Below are positions 1 to 9,816 of a stretch of 57,772 nt of DNA, piece by piece. The first letter of the stretch is position 1; each line of letters opens with the position of its first letter. Source of the DNA: Candidatus Magasanikiibacteriota bacterium (GTDB lineage: Bacteria; Patescibacteriota; Patescibacteriia; Magasanikbacterales; GWA2-37-8); assembly GCA_017991415.1 (NCBI GenBank), contig JAGOQR010000001.1, positions 1 to 57,772 on the forward strand, given 5' to 3'. The notes under the pieces were generated by a model. It made no database searches. It was given only the letters and a program-made list of their open reading frames with translations, and had not been told where the DNA came from. The position numbers and the translations under genes were made by a program.

Positions 1-235
1 TCGCACCCTTACCTTAGTTTCTTAAAAGGGAATTGAGGTAGGAGGATAGAAATTGCGAGTGGTTTTTTGTTTTTTAAAATGTATTTAAAGGTCCTTTTCT
101 CTACGTAGGCACGTCTCTTAATCTATGTTATACGACGTTCTATCTACCTAAGACACAGCTCAGAAAAGGTACTTCCCCACAGTTCATAATCCGAAAATGG
201 TTGTGCTGTAGAGTGTGTATTAAAATAAAATTAAT

Positions 236-1252
236 TTATTTCCAATATACTTTTTCTCCAAACCGCAGATCCACGTACTCTTTTGGTTTTATTGAAGATA
301 AAATTTCTCTAAAGGTTCTTATTTGGGTTTCGGTGTCTTTTTTAGGCTGGAATATAATATTCCATGATACGGTGGTATCAATGGCAATGCCAGAGTTTAG
401 ATCGTCTAAGACGAAGAATTTAGGGCTTGTTCTCCCCTGTTCGTTTAGGAATTTATACCATGAGATAATTGCTGAAATATAATTTTCGGGTAAAATATTT
501 GTTTGTTTAATATTTATTTCTAAATTTCTTCGATCGTATACTATTGGATAGTCTCCAAATAATTTGTTAATTTTTTCATTGTTTGGGATGTGTTCGTAGG
601 TTGTAGTATTTATTACAGGAGTTGAGGTTGTAGAGCTTGTTATCAAAAGTAGCTGAGGGATGGTTGAAGCAGTCTTTTTGATAGTTTCGCTTGCTTCTGT
701 ATCGGTAAGATATTTAATGACTGTTCCCCCACTATCTAAAAGATAATATTTACTACCAGTGTCGTAGATAACCGAAGATATTTTTTCTGTCACATTTATT
801 TCTAATTTTCCTGGAAAAACTTTTGTAACTTCTACATTTTCAAAAGAAAAATTGGAATAAAGATCTTTGGTGAGCTTGTCGTCACTAATTAAAAAATAGT
901 TATTAAGTGGTAAACGACTTGGTTTGTTGAGATAGTGCTCCGAAATAAAGGCATCTATTTCCTGTTTGGTTGTATTGTTGAGTCCGGAATATTCTACTTT
1001 TGTAATTTTAAAATAAGGAAGATATGCAAGACACGCCATCCAAAAAGCTGTTAAAATAAACAAAAGTATCATTTTTATTTTGGAAGTTGAAGTCTTTTTT
1101 TGAGATCGAAAGGGGTTTGATTTATAATGTGTATTTTCAAAAGAAGCTGAAGGCGCAGAAGGCTTTTTACGAAAAATACGGAGCAGTTTTTTATACCAAC
1201 TCACATGAGGTTTGTATTTTTCAAATGCATGTTCTGAGCGAAAATGTTTCAT
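236..1252 (-). CDS. ftsQ: cell division protein FtsQ-like (TM anchor + POTRA-like domain)
   Basis: 338-aa ORF with a basic N-tail and one TM helix (ILLFILTAFWMACLAYLPYF), followed by a POTRA-like segment (KITKVEYSGLNNTTKQEIDAFI). Its start overlaps the alr stop by 4 nt. Confidence 0.6.
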   Translation of the reverse strand: MKHFRSEHAFEKYKPHVSWYKKLLRIFRKKPSAPSASFENTHYKSNPFRSQKKTSTSKIKMILLFILTAFWMACLAYLPYFKITKVEYSGLNNTTKQEIDAFISEHYLNKPSRLPLNNYFLISDDKLTKDLYSNFSFENVEVTKVFPGKLEINVTEKISSVIYDTGSKYYLLDSGGTVIKYLTDTEASETIKKTASTIPQLLLITSSTTSTPVINTTTYEHIPNNEKINKLFGDYPIVYDRRNLEINIKQTNILPENYISAIISWYKFLNEQGRTSPKFFVLDDLNSGIAIDTTVSWNIIFQPKKDTETQIRTFREILSSIKPKEYVDLRFGEKVYWK

Positions 1253-2370
1253 ACGTGTTTGTTAACCCTTGGAAGTAAAGGATTGATTCGAGCAACTATC
1301 TCATAGTTAATGGTATTGCACCATGTTGCTATATTCTCTACTGTAATAGTTTTATTTTTATCTTTTCCAACAAGAGTGGCCGTGTCTCCTATTTTTACAG
1401 GTACCCCAGTAATATCTACCATGCACATATTCATACAAATTCTACCAAGAATGGGGCATTTGGCGCCTCTGATAAGGACATATCCTTTGCTAGATAGTCT
1501 TCGATCAAAGCCGTCGGAATATCCAACAGGTAAGGTGGCGATGATAGTGGGTTTTTTAGTTGTATAGGTAGTGCCATAACCAATAGCAGTACCTGCGTTT
1601 ACATTTTGTATATGGATAACTTTCGTAAGCCAAGATAGTGCTGGTTTTAGCGAAATTCGCCTATTTTTATTTGCGTATAAGCCATAGAGACTAAGGCCCA
1701 AACGAACAGCATTTTCGTGTGTAAATGGATGGTTGAGGATGGCTGCCGAGCATGCGATATGTACTATCGGTATATGAAAACCTTTGTTTGTAAGTATTTT
1801 TTCAACTGCCTTTAAAGTGCTATGCTGCTTTTTTGTAATTTTGTAACTTTCTTCACTTGAAGAAAAATGACTCCATAACCCCTCTATTTCTATATACTTA
1901 AATTTTTTTATTTGTTCTATAAAACTGATAATATTTTTAGGTAAAATACCTAACCTGGATGTTCCTGTATCAATTTTAATATGCACTTTTATTTTTTGCT
2001 GCACCTTCTCCCCTACCTGATTTAGTACAGTAGCATCTTGCAAATTATATAATGGAAAAATAATTTTATTTTTTGCTGCTGTTATTAACTTGTCTTTGTC
2101 TCGGTCAAAGAAGCTTAAAATGACTACTGGTTTTTTAGTAAGTTTATTTCTGATAAGCTCCAAAGCTTCGTCTAGGCTCACCACACAAATCCTGTCTACG
2201 TTCGGATTTTTTTGGCAAATACGAGCAATGTTTAAAAATCCGTGTCCGTACGCATTTGCTTTAATCACTGGCATTAACAAGACGTTTGCGCCTATAAATT
2301 TTTTGATTTGCCCTATATTATGCTCGATAGCTGCCGTGTTTATTTCTAACCAGGTTAGCATACTGCGCAT
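1249..2370 (-). CDS. alr: alanine racemase
   Basis: 373 aa with the PLP-lysine motif PVIKANAYGHG near the N-terminus. The C-terminal beta-domain shows VGYSDGF and GRICMNM. Confidence 0.9.
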   Translation of the reverse strand: MRSMLTWLEINTAAIEHNIGQIKKFIGANVLLMPVIKANAYGHGFLNIARICQKNPNVDRICVVSLDEALELIRNKLTKKPVVILSFFDRDKDKLITAAKNKIIFPLYNLQDATVLNQVGEKVQQKIKVHIKIDTGTSRLGILPKNIISFIEQIKKFKYIEIEGLWSHFSSSEESYKITKKQHSTLKAVEKILTNKGFHIPIVHIACSAAILNHPFTHENAVRLGLSLYGLYANKNRRISLKPALSWLTKVIHIQNVNAGTAIGYGTTYTTKKPTIIATLPVGYSDGFDRRLSSKGYVLIRGAKCPILGRICMNMCMVDITGVPVKIGDTATLVGKDKNKTITVENIATWCNTINYEIVARINPLLPRVNKHV

Positions 2371-2400
2371 TTTTAGATGAGGTGCCGCTATTGTTATTAT

Positions 2401-3636
2401 TTATAATTTTTCAAAACCAGTATATTTTTGTAATGCTTTTGGTACCAAAACACTACCATCTGCTTGTTGGAAGTTTTCGATTAAGGCAAGTGGAAATCTG
2501 CTTAACACTACGGCAGTACCGTTAAGTGTATGGACAAATTCGTTTGTGCCATCTTCTTTTTTGTACTTTATATTAAGTCTTCGAGCCTGGTAGTCGGTGC
2601 AGTTGCTGGTGCTTGTAACCTCACCATAATCATTTTTCATGGTCATCCAAGCTTCGATATCATATTTTCGATATGCTGGACCACCTAAATCACCACTGGC
2701 AACATCAATTACTTGGTATGGTAACTCTAACCCGCCAATGATTGTTTTTTCTAATTCGAGGAGTTCCGTGTGCATTCTTTCGCTATCCTCTGGTTTGCAG
2801 AATACAAACATTTCTAGCTTAGCAAACTGGTGTACGCGATACATCCCTTTGCTTGTTTTGCCGTAGGCGCCCGCTTCGGTACGGAAACAGTGCGAAAGGG
2901 CCGCATATTTCTTTGGACCATTTGTTAAGTCGAGAACCTCGTTGGCATGAAATCCGCCCATGGTAATTTCGGCTGTGCCGATCAAGCTTAGGTCGGTATT
3001 TTCTATAGAATAGACCTGTGTTTCCGTTCCGCGAGGATTAAAACCAATACCAGAAAGAATTTCGTTTTTGGCTACATCTGGTGTTTCTATTAGGGTAAAA
3101 CCATTTTGACTTAAGATGTCGAGACCGTAGTTAACTAAAGCTTGGTTGAGTCGGACAAGGTTATTTTTAGCAAAATAAAATTTGGAGGCTGCTACTTTTG
3201 CACCTCGTTCAAAATCTATAAGATCCAAGTTAAGCATAAGCTCATCATGATCTTTTGGTGTAAAAGAAAATTCTGGGGGGTTACCTCCCTTAGTTATAAT
3301 TTTAAAATCAACTTCTCCCCCGATAGGGCTATCGGGATGAGTAAGGTTCGGAATTTGTAACAAAATTTCGTGATAGTTTTTTTCTACCTCCTGCATTTTA
3401 TTTTCGAGGGCTGCAATATCATCCCCCATCTTTCGGAGTCTGGCTATATCTTCTTGGCTTGGTTTGCCCTTGGATTGGGTTTTTCTTTGGGAGCGAAGTT
3501 CGTCTGCTTCTTTTTGAAGAGCTCTTCTTTGTTCATCAAGAACTATAAGAGAATCCAGATCGACAGTAACATGGCGATTTTTACAATTTTCTTTTATTAA
3601 TTTTAGATTTTCACGGATGAATTTTATATCAAGCAT
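2401..3636 (-). CDS. serS: seryl-tRNA synthetase
   Basis: 411 aa with an N-terminal coiled-coil arm and class II core motifs (HCFRTEAG, RVHQFAKLEMF, GTAVVLSR). Confidence 0.95.
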   Translation of the reverse strand: MLDIKFIRENLKLIKENCKNRHVTVDLDSLIVLDEQRRALQKEADELRSQRKTQSKGKPSQEDIARLRKMGDDIAALENKMQEVEKNYHEILLQIPNLTHPDSPIGGEVDFKIITKGGNPPEFSFTPKDHDELMLNLDLIDFERGAKVAASKFYFAKNNLVRLNQALVNYGLDILSQNGFTLIETPDVAKNEILSGIGFNPRGTETQVYSIENTDLSLIGTAEITMGGFHANEVLDLTNGPKKYAALSHCFRTEAGAYGKTSKGMYRVHQFAKLEMFVFCKPEDSERMHTELLELEKTIIGGLELPYQVIDVASGDLGGPAYRKYDIEAWMTMKNDYGEVTSTSNCTDYQARRLNIKYKKEDGTNEFVHTLNGTAVVLSRFPLALIENFQQADGSVLVPKALQKYTGFEKL

Positions 3637-3659
3637 ATAATGTAATTTCTGTGCTCTAG

Positions 3660-4691
3660 TTATTTTATGTATTTTAGTAGCACCTTTTTATTATTTTTTG
3701 ATTGAATAAGTTTTTTGTTCAAGGGAAGTAGATCTTTTTTTAACGCTTCTTTATATGTAAACCAACCGTAATCCGAAGTTTCTGCGTCGGCAAATTGAAA
3801 TTTGCCAGATTTGATTTTACAAATATTCATGTATAAGTGAACTTGGTAGAGTTCCGATTTGCTGTTTACGGTCGTAGTCAAAATATCTGGCAGCTGCTCA
3901 ATTTTTGAAACACGATACCCTGTTTCTTCTCCCACCTCTCGGATAAGAGTCTCGTCAAAACTTTCTCCATTCTCTACTCCCCCACCTGGAAATTCCCATT
4001 TGTCATTAAATTCTGGACGGATATCACGGCGTTTGGTTAGTAGCATTTTGCCATCTTTTACAATAATACCTGCGGCACAAATGACCTGTTGTGATTGATA
4101 GTTTTTTGTTAAGAAATATTTAACTTGTAAAACCATCTTTCCTCTATGGCTAATACGATTTTTTTCTAAAGTATTCATTTCTGAAAAAACTTTTTTGAGC
4201 GGTGGAAAATAAAAGATTGGGTCATAACCCATACTTTCTTTTGTTCCAGAACCTACTTGTTGAGTAATCTCACCCTCTGCTGTAGCGGTAAAAATTGAAA
4301 AATTATTGGTGTTTGGGTTGTAGAGACATCCAGATGTTTCAAAGTATGCCCCGCGTTTTTTCCCCGAAAAACCCCGCATCTTTTCTAGAATTATACTGTT
4401 TCTTTCTTTGGCTGTGGGCGCAAGGCGCTTTGAAGCTATTCCAGGCTCTCCGTTCAGAGCGTTGATAAATAAGCCAGTATCTTCGGCTAATGTGAGTAGT
4501 CCGCTTTTTTTAGCAAAAAATTTTGCCTTTTCTAAAGCGTTTTGCCAGGTAGTGGTATATGGCTCCTCAACCTCGAACTTATCTAGCTTAAGATCTTTGA
4601 GGCTTACAAATGCAAAATGAAGATCTGCTAGTTCGGCCATGATCTCGGCAAGTTTACCAGAATTGGTAGTAGCAATAAGAATTTTTTGCAT
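3660..4691 (-). CDS. fusion of RdgB/Ham1-type non-canonical purine NTP pyrophosphatase (N-terminal) and Nudix hydrolase (C-terminal)
   Basis: The N-terminal half has Ham1 motifs (ATTNSGKLAEI, AEDTGLFINALNGEPGI, GYDPIFYFP, EKNRISHRG). The C-terminal half has a Nudix box (GGGVENGESFDETLIREVGEETG). Confidence 0.8.
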   Translation of the reverse strand: MQKILIATTNSGKLAEIMAELADLHFAFVSLKDLKLDKFEVEEPYTTTWQNALEKAKFFAKKSGLLTLAEDTGLFINALNGEPGIASKRLAPTAKERNSIILEKMRGFSGKKRGAYFETSGCLYNPNTNNFSIFTATAEGEITQQVGSGTKESMGYDPIFYFPPLKKVFSEMNTLEKNRISHRGKMVLQVKYFLTKNYQSQQVICAAGIIVKDGKMLLTKRRDIRPEFNDKWEFPGGGVENGESFDETLIREVGEETGYRVSKIEQLPDILTTTVNSKSELYQVHLYMNICKIKSGKFQFADAETSDYGWFTYKEALKKDLLPLNKKLIQSKNNKKVLLKYIK

Positions 4692-4703
4692 ACTGGGTAT
4701 GAT

Positions 4704-5123
4704 TTAAAGTTTACCGTCTTTTTTTAACTGAGCTTTTATTTTGGAACTTTTGTAAGTCTCTGGTTTGTAGGCCTCTAGCCGAACTATCTGTACATGAGGC
4801 TTTATATTTTCTTTTAATTTATCAACAAAAGCCACCTGATCATACCCTAGAGCGATTATTTCTGGATCTTCTTCTTCTATAACTTGATACCGATTTTTCC
4901 CCAAGTTTCCTAAACGAACCTTATTAGCAATATTTAGTTTTTTTATATCTTCTAAACGAGTCTCTTCGGTAAAAATAGGGCGCTCCCCTTTTACCTGTGC
5001 AGTTATGTCGTCTCTGGAAACAACTACCACCAGATAGTCTCCAAGATTTTTAGCTTCGGTAAGCATATGAATATGTCCAGGATGGACTATATCAAATGTG
5101 CCAAAAACTAAAACTTTTTTCAT
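4704..5123 (-). CDS. cytidylyltransferase-family nucleotidyltransferase (RibL/TagD-like, HxGH motif)
   Basis: 139 aa with GTFDIVHPGHIHML at the N-terminus, typical of HIGH-type nucleotidyltransferases. The substrate cannot be assigned from sequence alone. Confidence 0.6.
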   Translation of the reverse strand: MKKVLVFGTFDIVHPGHIHMLTEAKNLGDYLVVVVSRDDITAQVKGERPIFTEETRLEDIKKLNIANKVRLGNLGKNRYQVIEEEDPEIIALGYDQVAFVDKLKENIKPHVQIVRLEAYKPETYKSSKIKAQLKKDGKL

Positions 5124-5131
5124 AAAAGAAA

Positions 5132-6598
5132 TTAAACAGGTTTTTCTGGTTTTAGAGTTGGAAACAAAATAACTTCTTTTAAGTTTTGTACATCCATAAG
5201 TAGTTTAACAAGCCTGTCTATACCCATGCCAAGCCCTGCGGTTGGTGGCATGCCGTGTTTAAGCGCTGTTACAAAGTCTTCGTCGTATGGCATGCTTTCT
5301 TCGTCTCCAGCTGCACCTAGGCGCTCCTGATCTTTGAACCTGGATTCTTGGTCGATCGGATCGTTTAACTCTGAAAAGCCGTTGCAAAGCTCATTTCCAC
5401 CAACACATACAAGCTGCATTCTTTCTACATACCGAGGATCGTCAACTTTTCTTTTTGCAAGTGGTGAAAGTTCTACTGGATGATCAATCATAAAAATAGG
5501 ATTGATAATTTTTGGTCGAGCATAGGTCTTGTATATCTCATCTACCATCTTGCCGTAGCCCGTATTTTTATCGACACCATCGATATGAAGATCTTTAATT
5601 TTGGCATACAATGTTTCTTGATCAGGGAATTCTTCAATATCAATTTTTGCATACTGCAAAATAAGCTCTCGCATAGTTTTTCTTGGGTATGGTGGTGTAA
5701 AATCAACCTCGGTATCTTGAGCTTTAAATTTCAGTGGCAGACCAGCAGCAGTAATTATTTTTGGTAATAAATCTTCGATTAAATTCATGAGATCTGTGTA
5801 GTTCGCATATGCCCAATAAAATTCTATTTGGGTAAATTCGGGGTTGTGATTATTATCAATACCTTCGTTTCTAAAACATTTAGCAATTTCATATACTTTT
5901 TCAAAACCACCGACAATAAGTCTTTTGAGGTATAATTCTGGAGCTACGCGAAGGTACAAAGGAATATCGAGTGCGTTATGGTGGGTAACAAATGGTTTGG
6001 CGAGCGCTCCCCCGTATAATGTTTGCAGTACAGGTGTTTCAACTTCATAAAAACCTTTGTCGTCAAAATAATTTCTTATTTCTCGAACAATCTGGCTGCG
6101 AATTTTGGCAATTCGCATGGAGTCTTCGTTGGCAATAAGGTCGAGATATCTTTGGCGGTACCTAGTTTCTATATCGGTAAGGCCATGAAATTTTTCTGGT
6201 AATGGTAGAAGGGCCTTGGAAAGTAGTTCGTATTTTTTTACTAAAACAGTAAGTTCTCCTTTGTGGGTAATAAAAAGTTCTCCATCTATATGTAGGAAAT
6301 CACCGAGGTCAAAATATTTGATAAATAATTTATAGCTATCTTTGCCCAATTCTTTTTCTGAAAAAGCAATTTGAATTTTTCCACTTTCATCTTTGAGATG
6401 AGAAAAGCTAATTCTACCCATCTCTCTTTTTGCTACAAGCCGACCAGCAATTTTTACGGGCGTTGTTTCGGGTTTGAGCAAAGCTTCTTTGATAGAAATT
6501 TTTTCGTCTGTATGGCTTGGGTACGGATTAGTGCCTACTTTGCGAAAATAGTCTAATCGCTCCAATCTTACTTTGTCTTCGCTGATATCATTGGTCAT
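5132..6598 (-). CDS. lysS: lysyl-tRNA synthetase (class II)
   Basis: 488 aa with an OB-fold anticodon-binding N-domain and a class II core (CFRNEGIDNNHNPEFT, GLGMGIDRLV). Confidence 0.95.
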   Translation of the reverse strand: MTNDISEDKVRLERLDYFRKVGTNPYPSHTDEKISIKEALLKPETTPVKIAGRLVAKREMGRISFSHLKDESGKIQIAFSEKELGKDSYKLFIKYFDLGDFLHIDGELFITHKGELTVLVKKYELLSKALLPLPEKFHGLTDIETRYRQRYLDLIANEDSMRIAKIRSQIVREIRNYFDDKGFYEVETPVLQTLYGGALAKPFVTHHNALDIPLYLRVAPELYLKRLIVGGFEKVYEIAKCFRNEGIDNNHNPEFTQIEFYWAYANYTDLMNLIEDLLPKIITAAGLPLKFKAQDTEVDFTPPYPRKTMRELILQYAKIDIEEFPDQETLYAKIKDLHIDGVDKNTGYGKMVDEIYKTYARPKIINPIFMIDHPVELSPLAKRKVDDPRYVERMQLVCVGGNELCNGFSELNDPIDQESRFKDQERLGAAGDEESMPYDEDFVTALKHGMPPTAGLGMGIDRLVKLLMDVQNLKEVILFPTLKPEKPV

Positions 6599-6626
6599 AT
6601 TCGTGATAAGTGAGTAATGGGGAAAG

Positions 6627-7097
6627 TTATTTTAATTCTAAAATTTCATATATTTGTTTTCCTGCTGGAGTATTGATGCTTAATTCATCCCCTACCTTGT
6701 GCCCTATAAATGACATGCCAAGGGGTGATTCGTTAGAAATTTTTCCTTGCAGAGGGTCTACTTCTTGTGGGCCAACAATGGTATATGTTTTTGTTTTATT
6801 ATTAGTTTTAACAATAATAGTACTCCCGACGCCGACCATTACTTGTTTTTGCGTAGGAGCAACCATTACTTCTGAATGATCGATTAGATATTCCACCTCT
6901 TGTCTTCGGCCTTGAGCCCAGGCCATCTCTTCTTTTGCTTGGTGGTACTCAGCATTTTCTGATAAATCTCCATGCTGTTTTGCTTCGTCTATGCGATTAG
7001 CTATATCTGGAATTTTGAAGTTTTTTAAATTTTCTAGTTCTTTTTTTAAATCTTCAAGTCCTTGCGGCGTTAAGTATTGAATTCTTTCCTCTGGCAT
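6627..7097 (-). CDS. greA: transcription elongation factor GreA
   Basis: 156 aa with the coiled-coil N-domain motif GDLSENAEYHQAKEE and a GreA-type C-terminal domain. Confidence 0.9.
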   Translation of the reverse strand: MPEERIQYLTPQGLEDLKKELENLKNFKIPDIANRIDEAKQHGDLSENAEYHQAKEEMAWAQGRRQEVEYLIDHSEVMVAPTQKQVMVGVGSTIIVKTNNKTKTYTIVGPQEVDPLQGKISNESPLGMSFIGHKVGDELSINTPAGKQIYEILELK

Positions 7098-7186
7098 ATT
7101 AGGGGCTTTAATGGTTAATTTATTGGCTTAATTAATACGAAATATACAGGTGTGACAGGTCTAAAATGATAGAAAAAGTATATCAT

Positions 7187-7294
7187 AATTCCTAAGGTTG
7201 AGTCCAATATGAAAGCTGTGCTTTCGTATTGGCGAGACCTGACGGAATTGCAAAGCTTTCGCTTCTAATTCCTAGATTCCCGTCCAATATGAAA
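7187..7294. promoter_or_regulatory. structured intergenic region (28-nt direct repeat with 80-nt period plus a 13-bp hairpin) between mrdA and greA
   Basis: AATTCCTAAGGTTGAGTCCAATATGAAA (7187-7214) matches AATTCCTAGATTCCCGTCCAATATGAAA (7267-7294) at 22 of 28 positions. A hairpin pairs CCAATATGAAAGC (7204-7216) with GCTTTCGTATTGG (7220-7232), including one G-U pair. Confidence 0.35.
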
Positions 7295-7299
7295 AACCT

Positions 7300-9270
7300 C
7301 TAATTTAAGTATTTTTGACCCCACCATAATAAGAAGTCTCTGGCGATTGGTTGGGCAGCTGTGCTACCTTCTTTTCCTTCTTCAACTAGGATGGTTACGA
7401 CGATTTTTGGATTTTCGTATGGGGCAAAAGAGGTAAACCAGGCGTGGTTGTCTTTATTGGAATTCCATTGGGCAGTTCCAGTTTTGCCGCCACTGCTAAA
7501 AGGTAATGCTTGCAGTAACTGACAACTTCCGTAAGCTACACATTCTTTCATGCCTTGTCGCACTAAGGCAAGATTCTCAGCAGAAACAGGAACATCATAT
7601 TTTTTAAAATTTAAGGAAGTTTTTTTGTGGGTTACAGGTTCTTCGAGTTGAGCAGCTAAATGTGGTTGGACAACGCTTTTGCCGTTTGCCACAGCTGCAG
7701 TCCATACGGCTGCTTGAATAGGTGTTACGAGTAAATCTCCTTGCCCAATAGATAGATTATATGTATCTCCTACAAACCAGGTTTCTTTTTTGTTTTCTTG
7801 TTTCCATTCTTTGCTTGGAACAAAACCGCTGGCCTCTCCAGTTATGTCTATATTAGTTTTTTGAGCCAAACCAAAAGATTTCATATATTTTACAATTCTA
7901 TCAACTCCTAAACCCACAAAATTTTGGTAACCACCGCCAACATAATAAAAGTAGGTATTTACCGACCAGGCAAGTGCTTTGCCAACATTGGTGATGCCAT
8001 GGCCGCCAACTTTCCAATCCTTAAAAATTCTGTCGCCTAGTTTTAATCCGCCAGTACTTAAAAAAGCAGTGCTCGGAGTAATAATTTTTTCTTGTAAAGC
8101 TGCAGCTGCAATCACTAGCTTTATAATAGATCCGGAAGGATACATACCGCCCACAGCCCTGTTAAACAAAGGGCGGTCAGTATCGGTAGAGTATTTACTA
8201 TAATCTTCTTGTGAAATACCGCCAGAAAAATCATTGTTATTAAAAGCTGGTAAACTTACCATAGCAATAATAGAGCCGTCGCGCGGATCCATGGCTATGG
8301 CGGCAGCTCGCTTTTTATTAGTTTTAACAAGCATTGCTTGCGTTAATTCTTCTAGTTTTTTTTGGGCCTCTAAATCTAGGGTTAGGATAAGATTTTTACC
8401 TGGAGTCGGAGGGTCTTCTGCAAGCACGCTTTGTTCGTGACCAGTAGCATTAACTTCTACTTTTTTTAAACCATACTTTCCTCTCAAATCAGCCTCGTAT
8501 GTTTTTTCTAGCCCACTTTTACCAATGCTATCAAAGGGTAAATAATCATTCCCCTCTTTGAGAGATTCTATCTCTTTATCGTTTAATTTCCCCAAATATC
8601 CAATTAAATGTGAAACGCTCAGATTATTGGCGAGCCCTTCTTTGCCAGAAATATATTGTCTTTTACTTCCTTTTTCAATGGAAATTCCAGGTAGTTGAGA
8701 GCTCTGTATGTATAATTTTAAAGCAGATTCATAATCTAAATTTTCTTTGATTACCAAAGAAGCATAGCTGTAAGAGCTGTATCGTTTGAGTAATTCGGTA
8801 ATTTGTTCTTTAGGGACACCGCTTAAATTAACAACTCGATCGATTACGGCTGCCCGTTTACCAAGGTTGCGGGGCAAATCTTGAGGAATAAGAGTTAGAG
8901 AAAAATTAGGTACATTTTCTACAAGTTCTGTATGGAACCTGTCATAAATAATCCCTCTCTCAGAGAGAATGGGGCGTAAACGGATTCTATTTCCTTCTGC
9001 TAAATCACGATACATCCCTCCTTTTATTAATTGTAAATAAGCTGTTTTTCCAAAAAGAACGGCTAGTCCAAGCATAACCACGCCAAGCATAATAGAGATA
9101 TTTTTTCTTTCGATGCTTGTACCGAGATATGTCTTTGTATGCGAAAGAGCAGTTTGTTTACCAGTTTGATTCTCAAAATTAAAAGACTCCTCTACCCAAG
9201 TACGGCTATATTTTCCCTCCAGATTCCCTCGCTGTATTTTGTCCTCTGAAATATCAAATAATTTATCCAT
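7300..9270 (-). CDS. mrdA: penicillin-binding protein 2 (elongation transpeptidase)
   Basis: 656 aa with an N-terminal TM anchor and transpeptidase motifs SIIK (SxxK), SVN (SxN) and KTGTA (KTG). It lies directly downstream of mreBCD and overlaps mreD by 8 nt. Confidence 0.9.
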   Translation of the reverse strand: MDKLFDISEDKIQRGNLEGKYSRTWVEESFNFENQTGKQTALSHTKTYLGTSIERKNISIMLGVVMLGLAVLFGKTAYLQLIKGGMYRDLAEGNRIRLRPILSERGIIYDRFHTELVENVPNFSLTLIPQDLPRNLGKRAAVIDRVVNLSGVPKEQITELLKRYSSYSYASLVIKENLDYESALKLYIQSSQLPGISIEKGSKRQYISGKEGLANNLSVSHLIGYLGKLNDKEIESLKEGNDYLPFDSIGKSGLEKTYEADLRGKYGLKKVEVNATGHEQSVLAEDPPTPGKNLILTLDLEAQKKLEELTQAMLVKTNKKRAAAIAMDPRDGSIIAMVSLPAFNNNDFSGGISQEDYSKYSTDTDRPLFNRAVGGMYPSGSIIKLVIAAAALQEKIITPSTAFLSTGGLKLGDRIFKDWKVGGHGITNVGKALAWSVNTYFYYVGGGYQNFVGLGVDRIVKYMKSFGLAQKTNIDITGEASGFVPSKEWKQENKKETWFVGDTYNLSIGQGDLLVTPIQAAVWTAAVANGKSVVQPHLAAQLEEPVTHKKTSLNFKKYDVPVSAENLALVRQGMKECVAYGSCQLLQALPFSSGGKTGTAQWNSNKDNHAWFTSFAPYENPKIVVTILVEEGKEGSTAAQPIARDFLLWWGQKYLN

Positions 9271-9805
9271 ACATTGAGATACTTCTTCTCGAAGAAGGTC
9301 TTAGAAATCTTATAATTTTGGCATTAATTATATAGAGTACGAATAGTAGTAGAGAGGATAAAAGAATTTCCCAGCCAGCATCGGTTGTTATTTCTTTGTA
9401 CGGCAAAACAGGCAGGTTTGAAAAATAATTGTAAATAGTAAGTAGTGTAATAAAAAGTAATCGATAGAGAGTTATGCCAAGTACAGCCGATAAAAAGATC
9501 ATCGAAATTGAGCGGTTAGTTAAAATGTTAAATTGAAACCAGTTAATAATAAGTAAGCTGAAAAGAAGCGAAAAAGTCCCTATGCCAAATGGGATACTGC
9601 TAAATAACTCTGAGAAATAAGAGATAATAAGTGTGAGCCAAATCATTTTGTTGTTAGAACTCAATGTGAGTATAAGTAGAGAAAGAACAAAAATAACATT
9701 AGTATGATTGAAAGGGTACGGTAAAAAATTAATAATAAAAATATGACTAGCCAAAATAAGGATAATATAGAAAAAAAGTAAAAATATTCCCCAGATTATT
9801 TTCAT
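9263..9805 (-). CDS. mreD: rod shape-determining protein MreD-like (polytopic membrane protein)
   Basis: 180 aa and almost entirely hydrophobic. The call rests on its position between mreC and mrdA. Confidence 0.55.
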   Translation of the reverse strand: MKIIWGIFLLFFYIILILASHIFIINFLPYPFNHTNVIFVLSLLILTLSSNNKMIWLTLIISYFSELFSSIPFGIGTFSLLFSLLIINWFQFNILTNRSISMIFLSAVLGITLYRLLFITLLTIYNYFSNLPVLPYKEITTDAGWEILLSSLLLFVLYIINAKIIRFLRPSSRRSISMYG

Positions 9806-9816
9806 AAGGTTTAATT

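Noticed and set aside
1-235. A possible gene or RNA in the first 235 nt downstream of ftsQ.
   Set aside because: Candidate starts on both strands hit stops within about 15 codons. Only weak hairpins and a T-run (about 63-76) are visible, so I left it unannotated.
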